DNA of 64,000 nucleotides from Nitrosopumilaceae archaeon (GCA_965207375.1 OZ242274.1:384001-448000); one strand, 5' to 3'; positions 49,633-59,749 are shown, numbered from the stretch's first letter. Notes: generated by a model from the letters alone, not told the origin. Program-made: numbers and translations.

Positions 49633-50712
49633 CTAGGCTCCCTCTGGCTTCATTAAGATTTTGCCAAAGAGTCCTTTTCCGGTCAACATCTTGGTGTGTG
49701 CCTCTGCTGCTTGCTCAAAGCTGTAAACAGAGTCGATTGCAGATTTGATCTTGCCTTTTCCCATCCAGTAAAGACCCTCATCAAGTTCTGCCTTTGTTCC
49801 TTGTGTTGAACCTAGGATGTTGGTTCCTTTAAAGAAGATGTGTCTTAGATCAGTCTGTGCATCATAACCTGTTGTTGCACCGCATGAAACAAGTGTTGCT
49901 CCATATTTTAGCATTGTAAGTTGTTTGTTCCAGTGAGTCTGCCCTATGTGATCAAATGAAACATCGATGCCGGGTGCCTCACCTTTTGTTTTGGCAATCT
50001 CTTTGGATATTTTAAAGACCTCTTTGTGCCAATCATCTTTTCTATGATCTACTGCATAGTCTGCTCCAAGTTCCTTGCATTTGTCTAATTTGTCTGGACT
50101 TGCAGTTGCAATAACATCACAGTTGTACAGTTTTGCGATTTGGATTCCAAAGCTTCCGACTCCGGAACCTCCTCCCATTATAAGCACAGTCTGTCCGGGT
50201 TTAATCTTGGCCCTGCCAACTAGCATGTGCCAAGATGTCAAAAGAGTCATTGATGCAGCAGCTGCATCATCATAGGAGACGCCGTCAGGAATTTTTGAAA
50301 CATTGACCTCTGGGAGATGGATTTGTTCGCCATATGCTCCCCATAATGGTCCGGTTTGAAATCCCCAGACCTGTCTTTTGATACAATCAAATTCACGTCC
50401 ATCTGTACATGCACTACATACTCTACATGCAAGATTTGAGTGTGAGACAACCCTGTCTCCAACTTTGAAATTTTTCACGTCCTCACCTACTGCAATGACA
50501 TCGCCTGCCACGTCAGAGCCAGAAACGTGTGGAAGCGGTACTGCAACTGGAACTCCCCTCATTCCCCAAATATCATTATAATTCAAGGCTGAGGCTTTGT
50601 TTGTAAAAATGACCTCGTCGGGTTTTGGTTTTGGTTCATCTATATCCTGGACTTTAAGGATTCTAGCATAATTATCATCTGGTGCGTATTCGTTGTATAC
50701 TACGGCTTTCAT
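49633..50712 (-). CDS. zinc-binding dehydrogenase/reductase (candidate acryloyl-CoA reductase)
   Basis: ALNYND, PHVSGSD, C..C..C.......C, GGGSGVG, GKI. Confidence 0.8.
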   Translation of the reverse strand: MKAVVYNEYAPDDNYARILKVQDIDEPKPKPDEVIFTNKASALNYNDIWGMRGVPVAVPLPHVSGSDVAGDVIAVGEDVKNFKVGDRVVSHSNLACRVCSACTDGREFDCIKRQVWGFQTGPLWGAYGEQIHLPEVNVSKIPDGVSYDDAAAASMTLLTSWHMLVGRAKIKPGQTVLIMGGGSGVGSFGIQIAKLYNCDVIATASPDKLDKCKELGADYAVDHRKDDWHKEVFKISKEIAKTKGEAPGIDVSFDHIGQTHWNKQLTMLKYGATLVSCGATTGYDAQTDLRHIFFKGTNILGSTQGTKAELDEGLYWMGKGKIKSAIDSVYSFEQAAEAHTKMLTGKGLFGKILMKPEGA

Positions 50713-50754
50713 GATTTCAAACCATTATAGCCCATAATTATATTTTATTGGGAT

Positions 50755-51051
50755 TTATACGCGATTAATCTTAAAATCCCGTTTTGGTTGCTGTGCTGAT
50801 AGCAAAATTTGTTTTAATTGCTGGTCAGTTATGGGTGCAGGAAGTTTTCCCTGTGCCCCCAATCCAATAAGGTAATTTTCAACTGCATTGGCAAGATCTG
50901 GCTTTACCATTTTTACATTATTTAGTCTCATCCTAGCTGTAGGTTCCAAAATTTGTTTTAGAACCATGTCTTTTTGTGCGTTGATTTGTTCTTCAGAAGG
51001 CCCGCCCCGTGGTTGCTGGGAATCAAATTCATCCGGATTTGGAGAACTCAT
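50755..51051 (-). CDS. PDCD5-like DNA-binding protein
   Basis: LKQILEPTARMRLNNVKMVKP...VENYLI...ITDQQLKQIL. Confidence 0.88.
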   Translation of the reverse strand: MSSPNPDEFDSQQPRGGPSEEQINAQKDMVLKQILEPTARMRLNNVKMVKPDLANAVENYLIGLGAQGKLPAPITDQQLKQILLSAQQPKRDFKINRV

Positions 51052-51058
51052 TTTATTT

Positions 51059-51511
51059 CTAAGAATATACCTTTAGTTTAGGATTTTCTGTAGCAAGTCT
51101 TGCTAAAATTTCGGTTGCAAGCCTATCTAGTTTCTGCATTCCCTGCTTTGATAGAATTCTGCCTTTTTTCTCAACTTTTTCTACATAACCTAATTTTTCT
51201 AATTCATGAATTGCATTTCTAATAATTGCACCGCCTGCATCTCTGTGGTTTCTAGCACCATATCCACGCGGTTTACTGCCGCCATATTCTTTTCTCAAGT
51301 CGTCAACCCCAATTGGACCGCGAAGATAAATTTTTCTTAAAAGTGATGCACATCTTGTATGCCACCAGTCACTTTGATGTGGAGGTCTGTCAGCATGAAC
51401 GCCGGTCTTTACAAATGCAGTCCAAGCAGGTACAGCGATATCTTCGCCCTTGAGAATCTCAGTTAATTCAGAAATCAATACATCTGCAGGTACATCATAG
51501 ACTTTTGCCAT
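51059..51511 (-). CDS. rps19e: 30S ribosomal protein S19e
   Basis: VYDVPA, FVKTG, WWHTRCASLLRKIY, YGG, LEKLGYV. Confidence 0.96.
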   Translation of the reverse strand: MAKVYDVPADVLISELTEILKGEDIAVPAWTAFVKTGVHADRPPHQSDWWHTRCASLLRKIYLRGPIGVDDLRKEYGGSKPRGYGARNHRDAGGAIIRNAIHELEKLGYVEKVEKKGRILSKQGMQKLDRLATEILARLATENPKLKVYS

Positions 51512-51659
51512 CAAGTCAGAAACGTAGGAATCGTCTTATAAATCATGAAGACAAATCACACGTTGTAACGGCTGTTGCGTGATGAATCTGCATAGAAATT
51601 TTGGGTTTGGCAATTTTGTAATGTCTATTTGTGTCTAACATCTAAATGCAATAACCAAA

Positions 51660-51962
51660 CTATCTAGGTATTATTTTACGATACGTGTGTCTGCAAAAGT
51701 TACAGGTTATACGTACCGATTTAATTTTAGAGCCGCCAAGCCTTATTCGTGCATCAACTCCCGGGGCAATGAAGCTCTTACATTTTTTGCAAAAGGTCAT
51801 CTGCATATCATAAGGAATTCGTATGTTGTATTTTGTGCCAATCTTTTTAGCAAGTGATGCCTGACGCTGAGCTAATTCAGGATTCTCTCGTGCATTAGAT
51901 ACTGCAATATTTATTAGAATTTTCATTCTTTCAAAAGCGATTTGTTTGGCTGCAGGTTTCAT
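51660..51962 (-). CDS. rnp4: RNase P protein Rpp21
   Basis: IAFERM.IL, FCKKC, PG, ITCNFC. Confidence 0.88.
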   Translation of the reverse strand: MKPAAKQIAFERMKILINIAVSNARENPELAQRQASLAKKIGTKYNIRIPYDMQMTFCKKCKSFIAPGVDARIRLGGSKIKSVRITCNFCRHTYRKIIPR

Positions 51963-52087
51963 GAAAATACGAGTTAGTTCTCATAAAAAAATTGTTTTAA
52001 TTGCCTGTATCTCAGACACATCTAGGTTTGTGCGTGTCTGAATTAAGATGCATCTGACTCTTTTGATCTAGATCCATACACAAAACA

Positions 52088-52161
52088 TGCAGTCAGCGGG
52101 ATTCGAACCCGCGTCACAGGGTTGGAAACCCCGAATACTAACCAGGCTATACTATGACTGC
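52088..52161 (-). tRNA. tRNA-Gly(TCC)
   Basis: GCAGTCA acceptor stem, TAGCCTGGT D-arm, CGGGG-TTTCCAA-CCCTG anticodon arm, GGTTCGAATCC T-loop; no encoded CCA. Confidence 0.96.
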
Positions 52162-52183
52162 ATAAAGTAGCAGACCAGACATC

Positions 52184-52852
52184 CTACATAAAAATGGTTT
52201 TTTCATATTCGTAAAGAATTCTACTTGTAACAACATGAGATTCCAAGGAATCATCAGAGATTTTGTACAGTTGATCAATGCAGTTTTTTACAGAATCCTC
52301 AAAATGTCCTTTTTGAAATGAACCAATTACCAAACATGTCTCATCATCAATCTTTTTTGCAACATCAGATAGTGAGCTGTCATCACCTACAGATGACAGT
52401 CCAATGACCTGATCAGGATCGATTTTGTCAACTAATTTGGGAAACGTCATGCTTTGAATCTCTAATAATGTTTGGTTATCGCTTTTGATTTTTTTCTCAC
52501 GGTACAACTTTTCAATCAGTCCTTCAAATCGATGGTATGATTTAGGCAGGTTTAGATTGCTTCCTATTGTAATTACTTTGTTGTCAATTGTATGGACATA
52601 GATTTTGATTTTGTTTGCACGATACAGAGGAATTGTTGTGGCCTCGAGCAGGTTGAAATGGACTATATCAGGTCTGCCGCGCTTGAATTGATTTTGAATT
52701 CCCTTCATTGCAGCAAAGTGCCAAGAGTTATCAAGTAATATTTGATCTGGATATTTTCCCAGTTTTCTTGCATGTGCAATAACGGACTTGTGCTTTTGAA
52801 GCGAGGAAGGAACAGTTTCTAGTGCAGATTCGGCAAAAATGAGTGAAAACAT
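52184..52852 (-). CDS. nep1: 16S rRNA pseudouridine N1-methyltransferase Nep1
   Basis: AESALE, LLD..WH, RGRPDIVH, PKSYHRFEGL, IGSFQKGHF. Confidence 0.9.
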   Translation of the reverse strand: MFSLIFAESALETVPSSLQKHKSVIAHARKLGKYPDQILLDNSWHFAAMKGIQNQFKRGRPDIVHFNLLEATTIPLYRANKIKIYVHTIDNKVITIGSNLNLPKSYHRFEGLIEKLYREKKIKSDNQTLLEIQSMTFPKLVDKIDPDQVIGLSSVGDDSSLSDVAKKIDDETCLVIGSFQKGHFEDSVKNCIDQLYKISDDSLESHVVTSRILYEYEKTIFM

Positions 52853-52855
52853 GAT

Positions 52856-53995
52856 TTAAGATTCCAGATTGCCAATTTGGCGTTTAAACTCGTTCCAAGC
52901 AGGTTTGGCAGTGCCGTCTTCATTGATCAATCCGGCATTGCAAATGTAGCTTCCTAGTCGTGCAATTACATGTTCGCTTGTCCCAAGTGAAGAGCCTCCT
53001 ACTGCAATAGACTCGTCGCCCAACTTTATCACGGCGCCCTGATCAGAATCTGTATATGCACAGGTTCCATCAGGTTTGTCATATTGACGATACCACGTCA
53101 AAAATTCAATGTCGTCTTTGTTTTGGCTGTAAAACTCAAAGGTTTGCTCAACAAAGCTGTGTTGATCTGCCTCAGATCCGTTTACGAATCCAGACGTGCT
53201 CCAGCTGATCTCAAAAAAGGCAGCCTTTTTGTTTCCTGCCAACTGTAGTGCATATTGCAGATCTTGCCTTGCCTCATGGGGAGTCTTTGTTATATCATTT
53301 AACGAATCTGTCGGAAAGTATGTAAATCCTATAAAATCACCCACGTCAAGGGCAGTCACCACATGATCAAGGCCCTTGTTCAAAACACCATGCAACGAAT
53401 ATGTATTTGCAATTTGCACATCAGGATGCTTTTGCTTTAATTTTGTGTAAATGTTTTCAAACAATTCCCTGTATAGTACGATGTCTGATTCATTGTATCT
53501 AAAATATTCGTCAGTTTCTCCTGCAATTATCACAGTATCAACAATATGATAGCGTGTAAGAATCGCATCTAGTGTGTTTACTACCTGATCGTCACGTATA
53601 GAGTTCAAATCCTGATATGCTATCCAATCAGGAAATGGTCCCAGTGTTTGGCCGTTGATCAGAGAAAAATACAGTGTAACTTTGAGATTGTTGTTTTTGT
53701 TAAGACTCATCAAGATATCTGATTGTTTCCAATCAAATTTTCCCTGTACAGGCTCTATCAAATTCCAAAACACGTAGACATTGCTCCGTCCTATGCCTGC
53801 ATCAGATGCTTGCAAATAGATCTGCTGTACCTGTTCTAAATTGGCAGAGGCATTTGGGGAATTAATAACAAGACCGATTTTTTGATCGGCTAGTACGGTG
53901 TTAAGTGCATTGTTAAATGTTTGAAAGGTAAGTGCCATTGATGAAATAATGACTATAGCAATTATTATAATACCTGCAAGAACCTTTTTGTCCAT
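52856..53995 (-). CDS. membrane-anchored glycoside hydrolase-like (TIM-barrel) protein
   Basis: N-terminal TM; WNLIEPVQGKFDW, GE, GFTYFP, FEISW, GL...GTAKPAW. Confidence 0.65.
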   Translation of the reverse strand: MDKKVLAGIIIIAIVIISSMALTFQTFNNALNTVLADQKIGLVINSPNASANLEQVQQIYLQASDAGIGRSNVYVFWNLIEPVQGKFDWKQSDILMSLNKNNNLKVTLYFSLINGQTLGPFPDWIAYQDLNSIRDDQVVNTLDAILTRYHIVDTVIIAGETDEYFRYNESDIVLYRELFENIYTKLKQKHPDVQIANTYSLHGVLNKGLDHVVTALDVGDFIGFTYFPTDSLNDITKTPHEARQDLQYALQLAGNKKAAFFEISWSTSGFVNGSEADQHSFVEQTFEFYSQNKDDIEFLTWYRQYDKPDGTCAYTDSDQGAVIKLGDESIAVGGSSLGTSEHVIARLGSYICNAGLINEDGTAKPAWNEFKRQIGNLES

Positions 53996-54038
53996 TTAGA
54001 AAACAAAAAGTAAAAGGGAGTAAAAAAGTTGTGATGTT

Positions 54039-56690
54039 TTATCCCGATGTGCATCCGCTGTATCCACAATCGATGCAAATGCTGCACCCTTCTACAAAGA
54101 CAAGATTGTTTTTGCATGTGGGACAGAGGTTTTCTTCTGGAACATCCTCTTTGACTGTTGGCTCATTTACAATTATCTCAGATGGGATTTTGAGGCGTAA
54201 TGCGTTGTCAACTTGAGAGCGAATATAGGAATTCTCAATGTTTTGGGTGACATATCGTGTAACATATGAGCTTGGAATTACATCAAAGGTCTTTGTTGCA
54301 TTATCACTAGTCATGTGAAGCACCTGTTTGTGACGTGAGCCGTCGCGGTACACAGTAATTCCCTTGAGGCCTAGCTCGTGTGCAAGCAGATATGAGGCCT
54401 TTACATCGTCAGCAGTTACATCATATGGCATGTTGATAGTTTTTGCAATTGCATTTCCAATCCAGCGTTGCCATACAGACTGAGCCATCAGGTGGTCAGC
54501 CCAATGAATATCCATTGCAGTAACAAACACATTGCGAATCCATTCTGGAATCTCCTGTAGGCCCTGAATGGAGCCATAGTTATCGGCAATCTTTTCTAAT
54601 AGCTCCTCGCTGTATAGTCCGGCATCACGCAAGACCTGCTCGAAAATCTTGTTTGTGTAAAAGAATCTTCCCACAGTGACGCGCTTTTCAAAGACGAGTG
54701 CAAATGTGGGTTCCATTCCATTGGTACAGTCTGCAATCATGGACAGGGTTCCAGTTGGAGCCACAGTTGTGGTCAGAACATTTCTGATTCCGTGTCTTTG
54801 GATTTTCTCAATTAATGCGTCCCAGTCAAAGGAGTGTTCCTCCTTTGGTTTTTCATAATATCCGGCAACAGGAATTTTGCCGTCGGGAAATTCGGTCCTT
54901 GCACAAAGCGGAAATTCGCCCCTTGATTTTGCTAGTGCGACACTTTCCTCCATGGAATAGTAGGTCAGTGCCTCTGATAGTTTTGCTTGTAGTTCGTATC
55001 CTTGTGGAGAATTGTAAGGAATTCTTAGCTTGTATAACAGGTCTGCTACTCCCATTACACCTAGTCCAATTCTTCTAGAATCTTTTGATGCTGTGTTTAT
55101 TTCTGTGACAGGATAATAATTTACATCAATGACGTTGTCTAAGAATCGGGTCGTCTTTCTGATTATTTCCTCATATCTTTGCCAATCAAACTCATATTCG
55201 CCGTCTGCCTTTCTCTTGACTAGATTTGCAAGGTTGATTGAGCCCAAGTTACAGGATTCGTACGGGTATAGACTTTGTTCCCCACACGGATTAGTTGCTC
55301 TCAGTGGGACGCCGCGGGCCTTTGCAAAGACATTATACTTGTTTATTTGATCAAAAAAGATCAAGCCAGGTTCTGCGCTCTTCCATGCAGACAATGCTAT
55401 TAGATCAATTAGCTGGTGTGCATTTGCCTCCTTTACAGGAGACATGTCACGTGCGCTTCTTAGCATGTATTTTCCATCTTCACTGTTTACAAGTGCATTC
55501 CAAAAGTCCTCCCAGATTCCAACGCTGACATTAAAGTTTTCCAAAACTCCAGGCTCTGTCTTGTTTGTGATGAATTTCTCAACGTCTGGATGCCAGGCCT
55601 CTATAATTCCCATGTTTGCTCCCCTTCGTTTGCCACCCTGCTTTACAACCTCAGTTACGGTATTGATAATATTCATAAAGGATACCGGACCTGATGCAAC
55701 ACCAGATGTTGATGCCACAATATCTCCTTCCTGTCTCAAATCAGAATAGTTGATTCCAACACCGCCGCCTGATTTGAAAATTAGTGCAGCATCAGAGGTT
55801 GATTTCATTATTTTTTCCATGTCGTCAGGCATATCCAATACAAAGCATGCAGAAAGTTGTCCCAAACGGCAGCCTGCATTCATCATTGTAGGTGAGTTTG
55901 GCAAAAAGTCCTGAGAAACCATCGTATCAAGGTATTCTGTAACTTTGTCTGCATATGCATCAAGTTTCTTTGCTGCAAGTAAAGTCAGCAACTGCTTGAA
56001 GCTGATCTTCATTTGTCCCATCTTTGCAAGATCGATATAATGATGGATCAGTGATCTGAAATGATATTTGTTCAGATAGTATTCTCCAATTTTGAATTTA
56101 TTGTCAAAGCTGTCTAGTTTTTCTAGATAGGAGCTTGCCTCTTCAATATTTTGTTCATAGTTTCCATCTTTTGCAAATATTTGCGAATCATACACCATGT
56201 CGCCTATACCTACAAGCAATGCGACACGCTCAAACATTTGAGTGGGGGTTTCAATAATTTCGTTTTTGTTGTTCCTTAAAAGGTATCTAGATGCTAAAAC
56301 ACGCAAACAGTTCAAATCAAATCGTTTTGAAACTGGATCTAGTAGTTTGGTGTTGAGGACCTTCATTTTCTGGTCACGTATCTTTCTTCTCTCATGACGA
56401 TACAAAATGTAGGATTTTGCGATATCGCTCATTCCACGATCAATCAGGGTGGATTCTACCATATCCTGAATATCCTCGACACTAGGAGGATGTGATGATG
56501 AAAATCCCTGTGAGTGTAATTTTGCGAGTACACCCTCGGTAAGTTGCTCTGCTAGTCCACGATCGGCTTCAGATGTGGCAGCTAATGCCTTAAAGATGGC
56601 ATTGGAAATTTTATCTTGATTAAAGGTGGTAACCTTTCCATTTCTCTTTCGGATCTCTCCGATAGAACTTTCTATTTGTGAATTATCCAT
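54039..56690 (-). CDS. nrdJ: adenosylcobalamin-dependent (class II) ribonucleotide reductase with ATP cone
   Basis: IRKRNG ATP cone, PNSPTMMNAG, LSACFV, ATNPCGEQ, CNLGSINL, APTGT, C-terminal CPTC...CIDCGYSGC. Confidence 0.96.
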   Translation of the reverse strand: MDNSQIESSIGEIRKRNGKVTTFNQDKISNAIFKALAATSEADRGLAEQLTEGVLAKLHSQGFSSSHPPSVEDIQDMVESTLIDRGMSDIAKSYILYRHERRKIRDQKMKVLNTKLLDPVSKRFDLNCLRVLASRYLLRNNKNEIIETPTQMFERVALLVGIGDMVYDSQIFAKDGNYEQNIEEASSYLEKLDSFDNKFKIGEYYLNKYHFRSLIHHYIDLAKMGQMKISFKQLLTLLAAKKLDAYADKVTEYLDTMVSQDFLPNSPTMMNAGCRLGQLSACFVLDMPDDMEKIMKSTSDAALIFKSGGGVGINYSDLRQEGDIVASTSGVASGPVSFMNIINTVTEVVKQGGKRRGANMGIIEAWHPDVEKFITNKTEPGVLENFNVSVGIWEDFWNALVNSEDGKYMLRSARDMSPVKEANAHQLIDLIALSAWKSAEPGLIFFDQINKYNVFAKARGVPLRATNPCGEQSLYPYESCNLGSINLANLVKRKADGEYEFDWQRYEEIIRKTTRFLDNVIDVNYYPVTEINTASKDSRRIGLGVMGVADLLYKLRIPYNSPQGYELQAKLSEALTYYSMEESVALAKSRGEFPLCARTEFPDGKIPVAGYYEKPKEEHSFDWDALIEKIQRHGIRNVLTTTVAPTGTLSMIADCTNGMEPTFALVFEKRVTVGRFFYTNKIFEQVLRDAGLYSEELLEKIADNYGSIQGLQEIPEWIRNVFVTAMDIHWADHLMAQSVWQRWIGNAIAKTINMPYDVTADDVKASYLLAHELGLKGITVYRDGSRHKQVLHMTSDNATKTFDVIPSSYVTRYVTQNIENSYIRSQVDNALRLKIPSEIIVNEPTVKEDVPEENLCPTCKNNLVFVEGCSICIDCGYSGCTSG

Positions 56691-57018
56691 TTAGTGATCT
56701 CCCGATAAGGTTAGAAAGTATGCTTTATTATTGTTTTAGGCAAATTTACGATCAGCTCTAGCTCAACTTTTTTTGTATCGGTATCATCAATTTCATAACA
56801 GTCCAGAGGCATAATTCGTAATTAGATCGGGGTACGGACTTTTGCTCTTGTAAGGCGTGGTTTTCTAATTATGAATCATCTCTCGGTTTTACACCAATAA
56901 CGAAAATCGTATTAGCCGGTTGGGATCTCGTGTTGGGGGGTTTTGATGATTTGTATGAATTCATGGGATACGAGGGATACAAGAAGCAATTGCTAATTGG
57001 GTGGTGCTGTGACGAATT

Positions 57019-59103
57019 TCAGAGAATATATGAGGATTTGCAGTTAAGACACTTGTCAACTAGCTTTTCGTCTTTGAATCCACACTCGCCACATATTGGT
57101 ACCTGCTTGATCGGGGTAAAGGATGGCATAAGTTTTGCCAATTTTTCAATGGTTTCTTTAATATCTACTACAGGTGTGTTTTTGGCTAGTTTTACCTGTA
57201 TTGTGAGGCCACCGTTGAGGGCCTTGCTCAACTTGTTACATCGAGTAACTTCCTCGCTGTGACTAGTCATGACATTAATTCGTGATGCCTCAAAATCAAT
57301 TCCTTGGGAATAAGAGTCCGAGTCATTCTCGCTTAATGCAGAGTTTTTGCCGTATTTGTCACCATCGAGTGTGGCAAATCTAGTTGCACTCTCACTTGTA
57401 ATCATTGATATTTTTATTTCGTCTCCCATCTCTTTGCCTTTTTTTGTTGCAACATCTACTGCGGTTTCAATTACTTTGTACATAATGTCGCGTCCTTCCT
57501 TATCGTTTTGGTATCCAAGTATGTTAAAAACGGCCTCTTTGAGACCTACCATATTCACAATCAAAGATGCGGAGCTTTTCTGCATGTATTGGGTATTTTT
57601 GGCCAAAACAGGATTTAGACCGCGTCTAGTCAAATCAGATATGTGTTTTTTTCTCAACGCCATAGAGGCTAGTGCAGGCTTTAGCAACAATGCTAGTCTT
57701 GCTCTAAAGTATGTCTCATCTTTGTTTGATTCAAATGCAAGTCGTGGCAGGTTAATTGAGATGGATTGTAATTTGATTGAAGAAGATGGCTTTGATGAAT
57801 TGGTAATTCCTTTGCAGGACATTTGTCGTTTTCCAAATGTTACAATACCTCCCAGATTAATTATATTGGCAAGTGTTGCAGACACATCATATATCTTGCC
57901 TTTGTCATGATCTATAATCAATCCGATCTTTGGCATCGGGGTAATTTTTACATAATTATTATACGCATTTAGAATTGCGCCAATAGTTTTTGTGTCACTT
58001 CCCAATTGCAGTCTAAATGAAACAATCGTTGCAGGTTTGTGATATTTTGATGTAGTGGATGCAGTAGCAAATGAGTTTGCTAATTTGTTTTCTAATTCGG
58101 GGATATTTTTTGCATGTTTGGAAAATAGCTGCTGCAATCCATCAACAACTACTTCTTGGGATGCTTCTTTGGCAATTAATGAGATTGCAATGGACAGAGA
58201 GGTTGTAAGGTCATCCAAAGTCTTAGTTGAGCTGATTCGTGAAACATCGAGATATTTTCCGCCCAATTGAATCCCGTCTTCAAGTAGTTCTTTTGCACTG
58301 AGAAAAATTGTATCAGGTAATAATGACCAGAGACCAGAGTTTGCAATGTGCAAGTCGCCAGACAGGTGAGAGTCTGCAATGTCTTTTGGCAGCGTATTAA
58401 CCAAAAGATGCTCGTTGAATATTGTCTGACCCGTTTTGAAAAGCAGTCCTTCTGTGCCATTGTCCACGCTGTCCACATTTGATATCATTTCTTGCACGTC
58501 AAAGGCAGGCATACCTAGTCGTGCAAGTTTATTTCGGTACTCTTCATGACCATGCTCAAGCAACACAGAGTTTACTATTTCACGAATCAGAGAGCCTGTA
58601 AGATATGTTGTTTGGTATTTGTAAATTCTGTTTTCTACCTCTTCTGTAATTTTTTGTGCTAGTTCTAGTGGGAGATTGCCTTCTCTTACAAGTGATTGAA
58701 TAATTTTATGTGAGTTAAACTCTTCGATTGTTTCATTTGAGGATCTGACATACATTTTTCCACTTTCAATGATGGAGCGTTCCTCGACCTGTCTGGCAAG
58801 ACTTAGAACAAGTTTTCCAAGATTTGTAATTGTGTATCTTCTTTCGGATTTGTTAAGTGAAACAAGTGATTGCCTTAGTAACTTTCGCAAGTGGTATGCA
58901 AATTTTCCACTCTCTTTTTTAGATTTGAATCCTGCAAGTGACTTTAGTTCAGAATAAGTCAGGGGACCTTTGGAATTTAAAATTCTTAAAATATCTATTC
59001 TGTTGGGGCTTGCCATCACAGAGAAGATCATCCTGACACGTTTTGATGTAGACTGGAGTATGCTACCTCTCTTAGGCTCCGCTAGCCCCTCACTCAGTTC
59101 CAT
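57019..59103 (-). CDS. winged-helix + ATP-cone + degenerate class III RNR (NrdD-like) fusion protein
   Basis: RIDILRIL...AYHLRKL wHTH; YVRSS...IEEFNSHKI ATP cone; RLGMP, DSHLSGDLHI, INLPRLA, YSQG, LNGG; ends CGECG...CLNC with no R-x-x-G-Y loop. Confidence 0.8.
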   Translation of the reverse strand: MELSEGLAEPKRGSILQSTSKRVRMIFSVMASPNRIDILRILNSKGPLTYSELKSLAGFKSKKESGKFAYHLRKLLRQSLVSLNKSERRYTITNLGKLVLSLARQVEERSIIESGKMYVRSSNETIEEFNSHKIIQSLVREGNLPLELAQKITEEVENRIYKYQTTYLTGSLIREIVNSVLLEHGHEEYRNKLARLGMPAFDVQEMISNVDSVDNGTEGLLFKTGQTIFNEHLLVNTLPKDIADSHLSGDLHIANSGLWSLLPDTIFLSAKELLEDGIQLGGKYLDVSRISSTKTLDDLTTSLSIAISLIAKEASQEVVVDGLQQLFSKHAKNIPELENKLANSFATASTTSKYHKPATIVSFRLQLGSDTKTIGAILNAYNNYVKITPMPKIGLIIDHDKGKIYDVSATLANIINLGGIVTFGKRQMSCKGITNSSKPSSSIKLQSISINLPRLAFESNKDETYFRARLALLLKPALASMALRKKHISDLTRRGLNPVLAKNTQYMQKSSASLIVNMVGLKEAVFNILGYQNDKEGRDIMYKVIETAVDVATKKGKEMGDEIKISMITSESATRFATLDGDKYGKNSALSENDSDSYSQGIDFEASRINVMTSHSEEVTRCNKLSKALNGGLTIQVKLAKNTPVVDIKETIEKLAKLMPSFTPIKQVPICGECGFKDEKLVDKCLNCKSSYIL

Positions 59104-59151
59104 GCCTAAACTAAAAAATAGCACTAAATAAGATTTGTGAATTGTCTTAGA

Positions 59152-59313
59152 TTAGTTTTCTTGAACATCAAATGAAAACTCTGATGTCGACAGGGTTTGT
59201 CCACATGATGGACATTTGCCATTGTAATGATTCATCACATCTTTTAATGACTTTAACATTTTCATGTTGGTGATCTTTTCTCCACACTTGCCACATGTAA
59301 TTTCTACTGACAT
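59152..59313 (-). CDS. 53-aa zinc-ribbon protein (not in ORF track)
   Basis: MSVEITCGKCGEKITNMKMLKSLKDVMNHYNGKCPSCGQTLSTSEFSFDVQEN*. Confidence 0.75.
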   Translation of the reverse strand: MSVEITCGKCGEKITNMKMLKSLKDVMNHYNGKCPSCGQTLSTSEFSFDVQEN

Positions 59314-59383
59314 AAAATAAGATCCAAAGTTGGAATATTAAAAAGTCTGTTTTGAATTTTTTTAATAATTACAATAAATTATT

Positions 59384-59749
59384 TTACTGTTTTTGTACAA
59401 TAATGCCCCGCTCATCAAAACCGGTAACTTTGGCCCTAGTCCCTACAGGAAGGTCATCTGGGGTGCCAATACCTGCCATAAAACCAGATACTCTAAGCTC
59501 AGAGTCATCTAAGGCAAGCACAACCCAAGCATAGGGGGTGTATTTCTCAAAGCCGGAAGGTGGCACCGTAATTATAGTATACGTTGCAATGTGACCCTTG
59601 CCCTCCAAAATATGGTCCTCAAATCCCTTACTGCCGCAATTTTTACAAAAATAAACGGTTGAAAGATGTAATTCTTTACATTTTGTGCATTTTCTAGTCA
59701 ATATTTTACCGTCTTTGGCATTCTCAACGAACTCTTGTTTTGCAGACAT
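59384..59749 (-). CDS. DUF35 zinc-ribbon/OB-fold protein (thiolase partner)
   Basis: CTKC...FCKNCG, G.IATYTII...P.GF...PY. Confidence 0.88.
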   Translation of the reverse strand: MSAKQEFVENAKDGKILTRKCTKCKELHLSTVYFCKNCGSKGFEDHILEGKGHIATYTIITVPPSGFEKYTPYAWVVLALDDSELRVSGFMAGIGTPDDLPVGTRAKVTGFDERGIIVQKQ

